This document shows, in pieces, positions 17,659 to 31,500 of a stretch of DNA of 64,000 nucleotides. This stretch comes from a virus: IMG/VR virus record IMGVR_UViG_3300043540_000321, positions 32,001 to 96,000 of that record; one strand, written 5' to 3'. The notes beneath the pieces were generated by a model. The model ran no database searches. It was not told the origin of the DNA and saw only the letters and a program-made list of their open reading frames with translations. Numbering within the stretch: the first letter of the stretch is position 1; every line of letters begins with the position of its first letter. Made by a program: the position numbers and the translations under genes.

Positions 17659-18063
17659 TCAAAGTTCAAACTGAGTCGGGTCTAGACCATGCTCCTGGAG
17701 GACAGTCTTGATCTGAGTGATGTCACTATCTGTAAACGTCACGTTATTTGCAGCCAGAGCGGTCTTAACCGTTGTCCAACCAAACTGAAGGGAGGCTGGG
17801 TTTTTGTCTGTAGTTAACGCCACAATGACCAGCAATAATCCCTTCAAAACATCAAGGCTAGTGCTGGCCCCAACCCAAATCTTCTTGAATGCAGACGTGC
17901 TAAAGAATTTATCCCAGGCCGGGGCGGGTTTAGGCGCTTCTTGTTGAACAAGAGAGTCGAACTCTTCGTTAGTTAGTTCGATCTCTGTGTATCCAGGAAG
18001 GTCTTGTTGAATATTAAAGACACCGTAGGACTGCCCGTCTGGAGTCAAGTACCGATAAGGCAT
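17659..18063 (-). CDS. Putative tail-fibre assembly chaperone
   Basis: Small protein directly downstream of a fibre-like gene; GGAG SD. Confidence 0.4.
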   Translation of the reverse strand: MPYRYLTPDGQSYGVFNIQQDLPGYTEIELTNEEFDSLVQQEAPKPAPAWDKFFSTSAFKKIWVGASTSLDVLKGLLLVIVALTTDKNPASLQFGWTTVKTALAANNVTFTDSDITQIKTVLQEHGLDPTQFEL

Positions 18064-18065
18064 GA

Positions 18066-19058
18066 CTACACTCCGCTATATAAAAGAAAATCACGCCAGC
18101 CGATCGTTTGAAGAACGCTGTAACAAGACGAGCCAAAGTATCCGCCTGCTCGAATCATCCCAATCTGAGCGGAGCTGTTCGTCGCCAGAGTTACCGGAGA
18201 GATAGTTGAAAATCCCCAAGAACCTGGGTAGTAAGACCCAACTGTACCTCGGAAGTTACTGGCATAGGGTATTCCTCCGGGAGTGATTGGGCTGGTGCCG
18301 GGGGTATAAACCGTGATGGCTTGACCGGAACCGCCAGACACATCTAGACCCGGCTCGAAAATCCCTCTGTACTCAACGGTAATGCCCGAAGGAACGCTTA
18401 CAGTGTAAAGGGTCTGAGTCGTCGGAACAGCGACCCCAGCCATATCAACAATGTAAGTGTTGTATTGGAATACATCTCCAAACTGCTTAAAGGGAGTGAT
18501 CGACCCAGCCGCCCGAAGGAAAGAACCGATCCGACGGAAGCTCCAGCCAGTTGGTATATTCGCACCGATAGCAGAGCTATCGAACATCACGTCGACGACA
18601 CCCGTGGTGTCGTTTTGCACCAGAAAGGTGTGCCAGGTCCCGTTGCTAACCGTCCCGACGATGTTTCCTCCGTTTCCGGTTCCAGCAACCCACGCCTGGT
18701 CTAGCCGTTTTGTCATTACCGAGGAGAGGCGAGTCACCCGACGGTAGGTAGCAGTCTGGGTGAGTAGAGCGTAACCGGGCTGAATGTCGATCGCATACGT
18801 TGGGTTCGTCGCATTGTTTCCAAGGGTCAGCCCCTCAGGTAAAGTCGCCTGTAGGTTGTTGCCTAAATTATTCGCAAGTAGATTCCCTTGCAAGACCCAG
18901 GCAGTTCCATTCCAGATCTTTAGGTTAGCCGCCCCTGCCACAGAAGTATCGACCCAGATCAAATTGGGCACTGTGGGCGTGGGCGTCCAGGGGCCAATAA
19001 GTACCGTGGGCTGAAATGGAACGTAAGGGCCGACTGGTCCTGGAAATCTTCCACTCAT
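18066..19058 (-). CDS. Tail-fibre/receptor-binding-like virion protein
   Basis: G/T/S-rich beta composition; GLTLGNNA...IDIQPG...MTKRLDQAWVAG...RRIGS...FKQFGDVF pattern common in phage tail proteins. Confidence 0.55.
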   Translation of the reverse strand: MSGRFPGPVGPYVPFQPTVLIGPWTPTPTVPNLIWVDTSVAGAANLKIWNGTAWVLQGNLLANNLGNNLQATLPEGLTLGNNATNPTYAIDIQPGYALLTQTATYRRVTRLSSVMTKRLDQAWVAGTGNGGNIVGTVSNGTWHTFLVQNDTTGVVDVMFDSSAIGANIPTGWSFRRIGSFLRAAGSITPFKQFGDVFQYNTYIVDMAGVAVPTTQTLYTVSVPSGITVEYRGIFEPGLDVSGGSGQAITVYTPGTSPITPGGIPYASNFRGTVGSYYPGSWGFSTISPVTLATNSSAQIGMIRAGGYFGSSCYSVLQTIGWRDFLLYSGV

Positions 19059-19079
19059 AAAACTAAAACAACAGCAGGG

Positions 19080-19448
19080 TCAAGATGAGGATCTCTGGTA
19101 GACGTAGCCTGAGACATACACGACGTTGGCGATAGATGCCATAACATGAAGCTCTCTCTGTCCGGTCATAAGAACACCGGGCTCAACGAGGATCTTGCCC
19201 TCATTTGGATGCAGCAATCTCATTGAGGATATGGGGGTCGAACTAGACGTAGCCGTGCCCGCCGGGGTGATGAAGGTTGTGATGAGGACATCCTGGTTTG
19301 TAGTATTGACGGCCCACAAAGTCACAAACTGCAGAAGAGAGGCAGAAGACTGGTGAAGCAACTGCGTTGGGTGTGCTGTGGATGTGACTAGAACAGGGTC
19401 TGCGTTTGGGGTCGTAGACCATGCCAAGGGCAAATGGATGACCGTCAT
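19080..19448 (-). CDS. Small beta-rich virion structural protein
   Basis: VTLWAVN...LVEPGVLM...ANVVYVSGYV pattern seen in small phage structural proteins; in the fibre cassette. Confidence 0.4.
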   Translation of the reverse strand: MTVIHLPLAWSTTPNADPVLVTSTAHPTQLLHQSSASLLQFVTLWAVNTTNQDVLITTFITPAGTATSSSTPISSMRLLHPNEGKILVEPGVLMTGQRELHVMASIANVVYVSGYVYQRSSS

Positions 19449-19511
19449 GGCGAGCCTTATTAAAAGTTCAACTAAAGTCTAACTACCCCTTCTGTCTCAA
19501 AAGTGATCGAC

Positions 19512-22500
19512 TCAACCTACAGCAGTGATATAGTCACTTTGTTTCGGGAGCCCAGTCGCCGACTCCCACGATTTCAAATACGAGGTTTCGGTAGCCACTC
19601 GAATGACTGTCTTGTTGTCTCGCTGTTCGACTGTGGCGCGGACCTTCGCCTCTTTAATAATTCCATCCTGGGTCTTGTATTGATACTGAGTGTTGGGTCG
19701 AATAGCCACCGCTTGCCGCTTTAACTCATTCAGCCGTTGCTGAGCCGCCTTCACTTTATCTCGAGTGAACTGGACCACTTTTGCGGCGGTTGCGACCGGC
19801 GGGACTGTTGGGTTGGCGGCCAGGGCCAGCAGATGTCGGTCTACTGTTTGTGCCGCTGCCTTAAGTCGAGTCGTCTTCTCCGGCCGCTTCGGTTGATTCT
19901 CATTCGCTTTCTGGGCCGCCTGCCCTAAAGAGGGCTGTGTCGGTTTAGCATAACGAGAGAAGGCTCTCCAGTAGTACTGCAGAAGTTCGGATGCCCGACG
20001 AGTCGGCTGCCCGTAAGGAGCGTCGGGGAAGCTCGCCCAGACCGAGCGAAGCTTTCTCATCGCCACATTAATACGCCCAGCGTCGATGTCCGCCAAAGCT
20101 CCTTGCTGTTGAATCAGCCAGAGCGCGGCCTTATCCTGGCTCGCTGGAGAGAAGTCTTTCAGCCCCAAAGCTTTACGAGCATCATCCCAGGTGAACGACA
20201 TGAACTGATATCGTCCGGCCGCATCTGACCGGATACCACCGCCGCTCATTACAGTACGGGGATGGTCGGCGAAGTTCGAGAACCGACGCCCCGTGAACAT
20301 CACGTTGTAGTCCGCGCCTTCCGAGTAGCCAATCATATCGAGGAAGGCCCGGCGAGCCGCGCTGATGTTTGTCGCTCCCACGTTCCCCTTTCGACTTCCG
20401 AAGTCTCCCGAGACGAGAGCCTTCATGTATCGTTGCAGCAACGCTTCTGAAGTCTCCAGGTGAACGTGGACAGCCGTAGAGGTCTCGCCCGTACTCCCTT
20501 GGATACCCAATCGTTGCCCAAACCTGACCGTCTGTCCGGCCTTCACTTCAATGGTTTTGTTGTGCAGAACTCGAGTGACCGCGCCGGAGGCATCCTGGAT
20601 TTTAATCATGCCGAGTTCCCCTACGAACCCAGCGAAAATGACCTTACCTTCTACCGGAGAGGGTACTGGGACGTTAGTGCTACTCCCCCTGTTCAATTGG
20701 ATGTCGACGACTCGCTGCCCGTTATCGAGATAAGATTTCAGCTTCCCGTGGTCCATCCGATAGCGGACGTATCCCCCCGTCCCCTCCCAGTGAGGACGTA
20801 ATTCTTCGGCACTGCGGGCGATACCTTCTCCATACCGGCGACCTCCGAGAGACCAAACGGTGTAAGGAGTCAAACGCCCCACTCCGTCGACCGAGTCGGT
20901 GAAGGCGGAAGACACTTGGTCTTTAAGGTCAACGAGAGCATTCGAGAGACCTTCTCTCACCTTCGCGGTTGTGTTCATCAATCCTTTCGCTACATTATTG
21001 AGCTTGGTGAGAGCGTCTCGGGCGAACTTCTCGGCGTTCCACCACAGGTTCTTAAACCCATCTCCGACCGATCGCAGCAGCCCCATCAATCCAGTGGATG
21101 CCGGAGGTTCTTTCTTCCGGATCCAGCTATCCCGAGAGGGTTGTGCCCGAATGATTTTCTGTATCTCAGGGTTGGTCAAACCCATGCTTGCCTCATGGAC
21201 GGGCATATAGGATAGACCCTCGCGCTTGGTGTGCCGGAGGTCTTTGGTTCCAAGGAAACTACTGAAGGAACCAGCCAGGCTACCAATTAATAAACCAGCA
21301 CCAATTCCAACGCCAGCCAGCAGCAGGATCGGAGCGGAGACAATACCGGCGGCAACCAACCCGGCAGCAGCAAGACCTCCCAGGACGGCACCTCCGATTC
21401 CACCTAATAGCTGGTTACGGACAACGGTTTTGGCCCCGACTCGGCGGGCGAACGCCTCTGAGCCGAGCTTTTCTCCTATCTTCGAGAAGGTGTAGTCACC
21501 GATGAGGCTACCAGCAATGGCTGCGATCGGACCCGCAAGAGAACCTCCGATGATGCCCCCTCCGAGTGACCCAATACCACCGGTGGTTCTTCGCAGAGCG
21601 ACCTTGTACTCAACCTCACTCCTCGCTGTCTGTGCTTTTTGAACCCCGCTACCAATCCGCCAGATATCGATGATCGGTCCGGCAAATCGCAGAACGTGTC
21701 CGGCCCCTCGAGCTAAAAACCCAGCCGGTTTGGCGAACTTCGCGGCGAGTTCTCCAACCTCAGGTGCAGACTTTCCAAAAACTCTCAGGAAGCGGGCTTG
21801 TGCGGCCTCGCTTGCTCTTGTCAAAGCTCCGGCGTACGTTCGAGAAGCAGAAGTCGCTATTCGGTCCATCAAGGAAGCTGAACCCGATAGCACTCGAACG
21901 TTTGCCGCCGCAAGGTAGCGCTCAGTCAAAGTAGAGACTCGAAATCCAATAGCCTGCCCAGCCTCCTTCGCCAGAGCCGCCTGCTTCAAACCCGGTTCGA
22001 GAATATCCTCAAGGATTGGAACAGCTCCGTAGTCCTTCGCCTCATATCTCATGCGGGCGACTCGTACGGCCTCTTCGGCTCCGCCGACCTGACCGAGGAT
22101 AGATCCGGAGATGTCCCCCAGAACGCCTCCAGAGAAGACCCCCAAAATAGACCCGACCAGGGAACCTTTAGCTCCACCCATCTGGGCGTACGCTTCTTCT
22201 ACATCTGTCAGACTCGAAGTTTTGTTCAGTCGAAGTGCTTTAAGAGCTCCTCCTCCTAAAGTAGTCAGGTCAACGACGGGGGCGATCGCACTGAGAATCC
22301 CCTCTCGGTAGCCGTGTGTCAGGACATACTCGGACATCTTCGGAGCCAGCCGACTCATACGGAGCACAACCTGATCAAGACCTTTCTCCACAGCCTGTCC
22401 AATGAAATGGTTCGCTCGGGTTAGAACTCGTTTCAGCCACCCGAATCCTTTTATTAAATGACTGGGTAGGAGACGAAACTTTTGAGCAATCCCTTCCATG

Positions 22501-25500
22501 TGGTCCAGCGCCCAAGTTGAGACTCGACCGGGGATTGTCTTTGCCGTCTCATAGGCTCCTCGGATCTGATCGAGTGCTTCCTGGCGAAACTTAATGTTCC
22601 AACTGAACCCTTCGAATAGACTTCGCCCAAAGTCCCGAGCCATGCTAAAAGTCTGCCGAATCTGGTCGATAGCCTCCTGTCTGAACTTAATGTTCCAACT
22701 AAATCCATCAAAGAGCCGTCGAGTTAATCCAAGTAGGCCTGTTGGACGGTTCAAAAATTGGAAGGCGCGACGAATCTGGTCGACGGCTTCCGACCGGAAC
22801 TTAATGTTCCAGCTAAACCCGTCAAATAGATGGCGACTTACGTTGAGCATACTTCCAGCCCAATCGCTCGCCCCACTCAACAGCCCTCCTATGAATCGCT
22901 GCGACACGTTAAAAGCTCTTCGGATCTGACTAACAGCTCCTGAGCGAAACTTGATAGACCAGTCCCACCCTTCAAATAAACCTTTGACAAATTGACCCGA
23001 TGCTCGGAAACCTCGACCAATCTGGTCAATCGCATCCTGTCGGAAACGGACTTTCCAGTCCCATCCCTCGAACAGACTGCCCACAAAACTTCGAGAGGTC
23101 TGGAAGGCTCGCCCAATCTGGTTCAGCGCCTCCTGACGAAACTGAACGTTCCAACTGAACCCTTCAAATAATTTTTTAATAAAACCAGTCCCGCCCTGAA
23201 ACAGGTGGAGGTTACTGACCCAACTCCAACTCTCGCTGAGGTACTGAGCCCCTCTCTGCAACATCAACCTAGATGTCTGATACGCCTGTCTCATCTGACG
23301 TATCGCCTCAGGTCGAAGACGAATGTTCCAGTCCCATCCCTGAAATAGACCATGCGCGAAGCGACGAGTCGCATCAAAGGCCCGATGAACTTGTGCAACA
23401 GCATCCGGTCGAAGGCGGATGTTCCAGTCCCATCCTTTTAATAAAAATTGAGTCCCTGAAGCAATAGCCGAGAGTCCAGAGGAGATAACACCCGTCAGGA
23501 CTGGAAGGGCAGAGGCTGCGATCGCCGTCAGTTGACTAACCACTCGTGTTATCTTCGGGCCCGCCTCTGCCAGGTAGCGGAGGGTCTTACTGACTAATGG
23601 GCGGAGAGCCTGCCTAACCCTCCCTGTCAGGAATTGACCGACTGTAGCCTCCTTCTCAAACGATCGGTTCAAGCGAATGTACACAGAGGAAGACTGCATC
23701 GGGTTGTAGACATAATTTCCGTTGTCCAGATCTTTCAGGTCTTGCGCGGAGATCCAGGAGCTCAACCCAAAGAACCCAAACCTCGAGAGTACGCCGACAG
23801 TCAGCCCCGCTGCTAGTCCAGTCCACCAGCGCCCAGAGAAGAACGCGGCAAAATTACCTGCGATCGAGCCAAACATTACACCCATCTGCTCGTCTCTTGC
23901 TTCAGCTAACTCCCGCTGAGCTTGCAGCCGGTTAAACGATCCTCGAATTTTGGCCTGCTGGATAGTCTGAACAGTAGTCTCGAATTTATGAACCGAGTGG
24001 ATGCCCAGCATGAAGTCCAGAGCGACGAAAGCATTCTCTGCGATCGAACCCAGTGACCGGAATCTCTGCTGTTCAGTCAGCAGTCCTCTAAGAGTCTCAC
24101 CCGACCGAGTTTGGATGTCTTCTATCATTCCTCCAATCAGAGGGCGTCCTCTATATCGAACAGGCGGACGAAGACCCTCTTGTGGAGGAAGTGTCTCCAT
24201 CAAAATGCTGTACCGATGAGCAATATCATCTATCCTCGTCTCTCTATCCAACGTGTTGGTCAGACCTTCAAACTGGTCTCGATGAGTCGCTGAGAATGCG
24301 CCCAGAGCGCGGACGTTAGCCGAGATCTCATCCCTCAGCATCTCCTGAAGAATGTCCTGCCCAAACTTAAATTCGTCGAGCGTTCGCATCGCCGAGGACT
24401 TACTGACTCGTTCAACGATGTCCTGCAGCCGGTTGGTCTCAGTTCCCGTTTCATAAGCGATGACCTGCAAGTCATCAATGTTCAGTTTAGGTAGCGTCCT
24501 TTGAAACTCGATCGCGTGGGACATCTCATGGAACGCATCGAAGATAGCTCGGGTCACAGCACTGGGGCGAACGAACTTACCCGCTCTCATCCGACCCAGA
24601 ACACTCTCGGATGCCTTAGACAGGGTTACTGAACCTTCCTGCAGGTTGTACATACCTTCTATCTGGAACGGAGACCCGTCAAAAGATACGGGCGTGCCCG
24701 ACAATGCCGTTCGATTCAATCCCAGGCCCGTTTGAAACTCTTCTTTCAGAGAGACAACGGACTCACGAGCGGCCTGCGATATCGTTGAGCTGACTCGTCC
24801 CCTAAATAGAAGGGAGAAGAGGTCAGGTAACGCTTGGAAGAAACTGAGAGTCTTTTTAACTGAGCTACGGATCATCCGCTGGTTCCGTTGCACCCAATCA
24901 TAAGAGTCCATTGTCATGCCGGTCAGAGAGAGCTGCGTCGTTGGACCGGTGAACAACCCAAATGCCGAACTCAACGCAAAGTTAGCGGCTCCACGCATAG
25001 CTGCGGCGCGAAGACCCTGAGCCCGAGCGATAGATAGTAATTTTGGGAGTTGGGTCAGCGTAGAAAGACTACCGACCAGAGCGGACTGCTTCAGATAGTT
25101 CAGGACTGGGTTCTTGTCTTTACGGCGGTAGTCTCCGAGGGCTAAGTTCTCACCCGCCCAGCCTCCTACAAAACTCCCCAAAGCAGAAGCAATTAAAGCA
25201 GGAAGTGGGCGTTCGACCAAAGACAGAGCAGCAGCTCCGGCGGTGTATCCACCCAACGACATGCCCACCTCCCGGTAGGTCTCTCGATACTCTTTGTAAC
25301 TGCTTCCTCGTCCGAGAGAAGAAAGTCGATAGTCCGTCTGTTGAGCTATCAAGAGCTCCAGACGACTTAAGAGGATCGGCCCGATCGGAACTTTGGGAAG
25401 TGAGGTCATTAGAGTCCCTATGCCTCGGTCTAACCCTCGCCGCATTCCAAATGAGAGAACCTTTTTCAGAGGTTCCATCATCTCTTGGGAAAGACCTATT

Positions 25501-28500
25501 AGGCGACGCAGATATCGATCTAGATTGTCCATCGGGTAATCAGCGCGGGCCGGAATATTATTAATAAATCTAAGAACTGGGTCTGCTTTTGCCCTCGCAG
25601 TCCCGACAGACTCAGAGACGGGTCTGGCAAAAGAGAGGATGCCGGACAGCCAAGAGGCTGCGCGAGTAACCCCACCTACGATGCGGGGTGCGATCGCCTG
25701 GCGTAGACGTGAGGCTGCTCCACGTCCCAATTGAAGGAGAGAAGACATACCTTCCAACCCCCACAGACCCAGGTCGAGAGCGCGGTCAGTTAATGAGTGA
25801 GGGATGGAGAAGGCAGGTAGGTTAATTCTGAACCCTTTAAGCTTCTCCAGAAACGCCAGCTCAGGCAAACTCGGTAGTGGTATGGACCGACTCAGCCTTC
25901 TTCCAGCTCGAAGAGTTGCTGCCAGCAGATTTCGACGAAGTTGTTGGAGAGGGACTGCTAGACGACTGACGGCTCCAGAGAAGGGTTGGATTCTTGCATT
26001 AATAAAACGAGTGGCGTCGTCATGCCAGTCTCCAATAGTATTTCGAACAGTGGAGATGTCCTTCTGTAACTCTTCAAAGGGATTGAGATTTGAGACCGAT
26101 CTGTAGGCTCGAAGAGTTGCCGCCCCGCCGTAAATATGACTCAGGAGGGACAGGTCTACCGGGGGTGGTTGGCGAGCGATCGCCTGTGTCGTCACCAAAA
26201 CGTTGAAAAGAGCCTGCCGACGTTCAAGAGCCATCATCAGCGTACGACTAACGCGAGTTCTATGCAGCGCGAAGTCAGACCAGACTCGCCCACCTGTGCC
26301 GTGGAAATACTTCTTGTAGGCGAGCTTCTCAGATTCGCTGTCCTCAAATCCGATATAGTCTCCGTAGACCAGTTGTTTCTCAATCATCGGGTTGATCCGC
26401 ATGGCGGACTGAAGCGCTTCGACCTGTCGCTTCTTCATCACCATCGTGATGTTGCCCGACATAAAAGGAGACTGCCCGCCGAGAGAAGACTCCGTTCCTT
26501 CGTTAAAACTGAAGTTGCTATAAACGCTCTGAGGCAAGAAGAAACCCTTGACCATTTGAATCGGAATCGGGTCTCTCACCATGCCGAAGGTCTGGTCTTG
26601 AATCAGCGGCCCTGAGATATTTTCAGTAAAGGCTCTCACCGGAGCCGTCAGTATCCGCCCCAGAAAACTGAAGGGGGCCGCCAGGAGATTACCGAGCTGA
26701 CGAACTGGACGCTCAAGTCCCAGCGGTCTGAACACAGAGGCAACTGTCTTAACCGGGAATGCCAGTAGATTCCCCAATCCCTCGACAAGGTTTGTTTCGA
26801 CGGAACGGATAGACCCGGACTTTTGCTTCAGAGCATCAAATGCGACCAGTCCTCCAACAGCCGCCGCCATCGCTAACAAAGGACTGGCCCCAATTCCCAT
26901 TGCTACCTCGGCCAACCCGACGGCAGTCGCCCAGGAAAAACTACTCGATACAAACTGTTCGCCCGCCTTCTGCCTCAGATAAGTCGACTGGGTAGCTCCA
27001 CCCATCATCACACCGGCTGCTTCGATCACCTCATAGGCTGAGCGACCGTTGGCTGTCCACCAGGCGACTCCCGATGCTAACCCTTTGCCAGCCTTTAATG
27101 TCGTCGTGACAGCACCTTCACTCCAGGGACGCTGAACATAGTCGCCCATCTGTCTCCGGACCTCGGACGAGAGCCCCACTTCTGCTCTTGGAGTCCGTTT
27201 GACCGCTCGGATGGTATTTTCAGTGTCTAACCGAGCAATTCGTCCGTAGGCAGACCGCTCTGCTCTCAGGTCATACGTCCCAACGATCGGGCGTTGCAGT
27301 TTGAGAAGAAGGTGTTGAAAGGCTTCGTTCTGCTCCAACGCGACGTTCAATTTCAACGTCGTCTTGAAGGAGTCTATGCCAACAGCCGCCTCTTCATCCA
27401 ATCGTGTCAGCACATCTGTAATGGCTGACTGAGAGAACCCTTCCATCTCTTGTGTGAACAGGTCGATAGCCTGGTTAAGATGCTGGTCACCCGCCCCGAT
27501 GATCGATTGGAAAAGGGTAGTGCCTGGGACAACTTCAACTCGCATCGACTTGTCGATGTGCTTCTGAATGTCCTCAACAAATTGTTGCTTGAACAACTCC
27601 TTCTGGACCTCATCAAGCGGACCCTCGGAGGCTAACTTCACGAGGGAGGCTAACCGCTTGGAGTAGTTCTCTGTGAAAATCTGGTTCAGACCGCTGTGTA
27701 AGCTTCGGTAAGCTTCCGTAATACCGACCGTGATACTCAGCGGAGTTGCTCCGGTGCGGGTAGCTGTCTCCTCAATATCCAAAGGCAACCGGTATAAACC
27801 ACCCAGCGGGTTGAGCTGATCGACCTGGAATGCTGCGGGTCGCCCACTGGGTAGTCTACCTGAAGTGAAAGCGTACCGGGTCAGAGGAGAAACGGGTCTG
27901 CCTCGATTGAGTCGACTCTTGTGAGTCAGCTCCTTCAATTCGTTGTAGGTCTGGGACGCGGCCAGTCCTCCGATCACGCCCACTCCGGCGTAGGCTGCCG
28001 ACGCCAACAGGACAAGTTGGATCGGTATCGTGAGGTACGAGTACCCTTTCAGGGAACTAATGTCGTACCCAATCCGGAGGGCACTGAACCCTTGATTAAC
28101 CGCCCGATGCTTCCACTCCGTTGTGCCGTACCAGGACATGATACTCAGCTCTGGGTCAAGAGCTTTCATTGCTCCTGACTCTAGGTTGTTCTGCTGAATG
28201 GTGAACGTGACATTTTTCAAGAAGCCCATCGGGCGGTATCCGGTGGGAGGTAGTCTGTACCCGGGTATTGCCGAATGTCCCATCAGCCCGAAAGTCATAC
28301 CCTCTTTCATCAGGTCAAACATCAGTTCAGAAGGACGCTGGGCGGCCAGATGTTGCATCAGGAAGTGCCGATACTTAACCGCCCGGATCAGTCCAGTCGA
28401 CTGGCGAGCGGCTTCCAGGTCGTAGCCGGTCAAGTCTCGAATCTCCATGTGCTTCTGCCGAGGCGTAGCTCCACGAACGAGGGCGAGAGCTTCGGCTACA

Positions 28501-31500
28501 GACTGGGGTCTCCGATTAGCGAAGACGTCGATAGTGCGTTTTAATAAATCTTCTGAGACGCGCCCGGCAAGCATGTCATAGCCAGACGCGCTAATGTCAG
28601 TGAAGGCTGAAGCGTATTGAATATATGTGCTGGTGCGCTTGGGTTTGAAGCTCGCTCCAAAAGGGCCGATGGAATTAATAAAGGGGTCTTCCGGGTTGGT
28701 ATAGAAACCCAACGCCTTTGAAAGGTCAATCGTCCCGAAACTCAGAGTTTTAACAAAGCGATTGACTAGACCAATTAGACCGCGAGGGGCGTCTGCCTGC
28801 CGAACTCCGTGCTCCGTCGGTTCGAGTTTGTCTTTCTCGGGCTCAACCCCAGCCAGGAGTCGAATAGTAGGACCAACGAGCGGCACTTTATAGAGAGCCC
28901 GCAATCTATCACTGGAGAATGAGTTAGCGATCGTGAACGCAGCCGCCTTGACGCCGAAAAGAACGGTTCCGGCGATCGCAATACGCGCACTCATCGAACG
29001 GAACTTACCGCCGGGCAGTCTCGCCATTTCCTCTGTCATGTAAAGAGGAGCCTTCTCTTCAAGTCCGCGATACTCTGGACGGGCGTATCTCTCGACAGCC
29101 TCCTGCCATAGAGTCTCGCCGGATGCCTGCGCCAAAAGTCGGCGCGAAGGAACCCACAATTGTCGAGACCCCTCAGCAGAGATTCTCTCCATCCTTTCCA
29201 GGACAGCTCTGATTTCCTGTTCGGCGTGCTCGTTCCTGGCGACTGCCTTGGGAATCCAGCCTTGCACGAGAGATTGTGTATCCACTCCTTTAACTCGGTG
29301 GAACTCAGCCGCCAGGTCCTTAGAACTGGCAAAGACACCTGTTTTATCTAAGAGGAACCCAGTGAGTAGACCGGCTCCTAAAGTTGCTTGGACCTGAACA
29401 AGCGGGTCTTCAAAGTCCTTACCGACATAGTCCCCCTGCGGGTCTGACATCAACCTCGACATCATCAACGCCAAGTAGTACGGCGCGAGCTTTCTAACAA
29501 ACCTGGGTGTTTTGATTTCGGGTATTTTCTCCGTCGCCTCTGTCTTGAATACTGAAAGGGCGCTGGTGACGGTGGAGTGAACCACCGAAGGAGCCAGGCT
29601 GTAAACAGACCGGATCGCCTGGTTAGAGAGCATAGCCGCTCCTCCAATCACAGCTCTTAGAGCTCGTGTGTTCTCCTCTAGGTCAGTGAGGTGCCGGACA
29701 ATAGCTGAGCTGGATTCGTGGGTTCGAAGTAACCTTTGATAGCCCCGAGCGAACCGTTCGGCCCCCATGCTTAGAAGTGTCGTGAGGCCGACGAACTCCA
29801 TACCTTTTTCCATCATGGAGTCTTTGTCGTAGACCAGACCGCTACCAAAAGTGAGGGTGGAGATTCCTCCTCGGATCACACTCATCAACAACTGTCGCCC
29901 CCCGTACTTCCGCTGGAAGTAATAGGGATCGTTGTCGTCAGTCTTCCGGAGTTGAATGGCAAATGGAAGGATAGGCGTAAAACCCAGCCCCAGAGCGTGC
30001 ATGGACTGAAGTCCAATAGAGAGCTGAGCTTTCTTTTTCTGAGTGTCAAAACGAACAACTGCTGGTATCTGAAAGAAGGGAGTGGTAATTTGGGAAACGA
30101 CTGAATAGACTCGATGCCCGCTGCTATCTGGACGAAGATACTGGCGAGCCAAGAACAAACCCATTGCAGAGTTCACATAGTCTCCCATCGATCGAGCCCG
30201 CTCTAGACCTCGAACGGAGAGATACTCGAAGCGAGAGGACAGCATCGCGTCAGTGCTGCCCACTTGAAAACTGCTTTCCCGGTTGTAGGCCAGGTTCAAC
30301 AGATAGGCGGTGCCCATTGCAACGCCTTTGGCGGCAATACCGGCTACGAATGCTCCAACGAGAGCAGCCTGCATATTAAACCGGAGAGCTGTGCGACGCA
30401 TCATCGTCGAAGAGAAGCTCTCCTGCAATGTGCGATAAACCGCCCGGATCTGAGAAGACTTCTCTCGACTGGTAATCACCCGGGTGCTTTCAAGGATGGG
30501 TCCCTCAGCGGCATCTGCAATCTCGCGCTGCCGAGCGGTCAGGTCTTTCTGAAACCCTCTTAGGCTATCCAGCCGATCGATGAACCCACCGGGGCGGTCG
30601 CCCACGTCCACAAAAGAAGGAAGCAGTAACCCGGTGGTCAGTCCAGCCCCCAGTTGAACACCGGCTGTCATCCAGCGGGGCAACACTCCGCTGAACTGAA
30701 ACTTAGCGACCGTTCCATCATCGGTATCGAGAGCTTGCCGCGCTCTGATCTGAGTGATCAGGTTGGCTCCCAGTGGTTTTAATAAAAGGTCGTCCAGAAA
30801 CTGGTCCGCGACGATGATCATCCCAACCGTCGTCAGAGTCCGTCGTACCTGACCGACTCTTCGACCCGCCGGAGTGTCAACCGTTTTATAGGGATTCTCA
30901 GAGGCCGCAAAGGTTACATCGAGAGCGTGAAACGGGCTCTGTTCTAAGAGCTGTCGCTGTTCAACAAGGGTATTTCGATACTCGTGAAAGCGAGAGTCCT
31001 GGAGCAGACCCTCGATCTCAGCCGTCCGACTTTGATACGTTTGGGCGGAGTGCTCGTAGAGTTGAACTAGAGACTCCTCAGCGGTACTGGCCAGAGGAGG
31101 GACTGAGGCCACTGGGGTTTGAACCATCCCTTGAAGCAGACTTCGCTCTATCCGAGCGATCTGCTGTTCATTGCGCCAGGCCTTGACCACCTTCTTGACG
31201 TTCTCAGCCGGACTGGATATGAACTTACCCACGCGCTGATAGAAGTACTCAGTCCATTTGACCGCATCTTCAAAAGACATCATGTCTCGGACGGTCATGT
31301 GGTGCCTGGGGTCAAAGTCTTCCAGACCTAAGACTCTTCGGAGAGGAGGTGTCCAATAGGCGATGTTCGCGGGCAGGAGCGCAGCGACCTCATCGTAACT
31401 GCGTGCGATCTGCCGAACCCTCTCCGTACCCACATTTCTGAAAACAGGAGTGTAAACATTTGGGTTGTCCGGTCGCTGTTGAAACTCGATAAGAGGCATG

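Noticed and set aside
17659-19058. Diversity-generating retroelement acting on tail fibres
   Set aside because: No reverse transcriptase and no template/variable repeat pair differing at adenines was found by eye.
22548-23446. Regularly spaced DNA repeats resembling a CRISPR array
   Set aside because: The period is 96 bp and in frame within the giant ORF, the repeats diverge at synonymous positions, and there are no unique spacers or leader. The + strand ORF 22594-22929 (MFQLNPS repeats) is only its antisense shadow.
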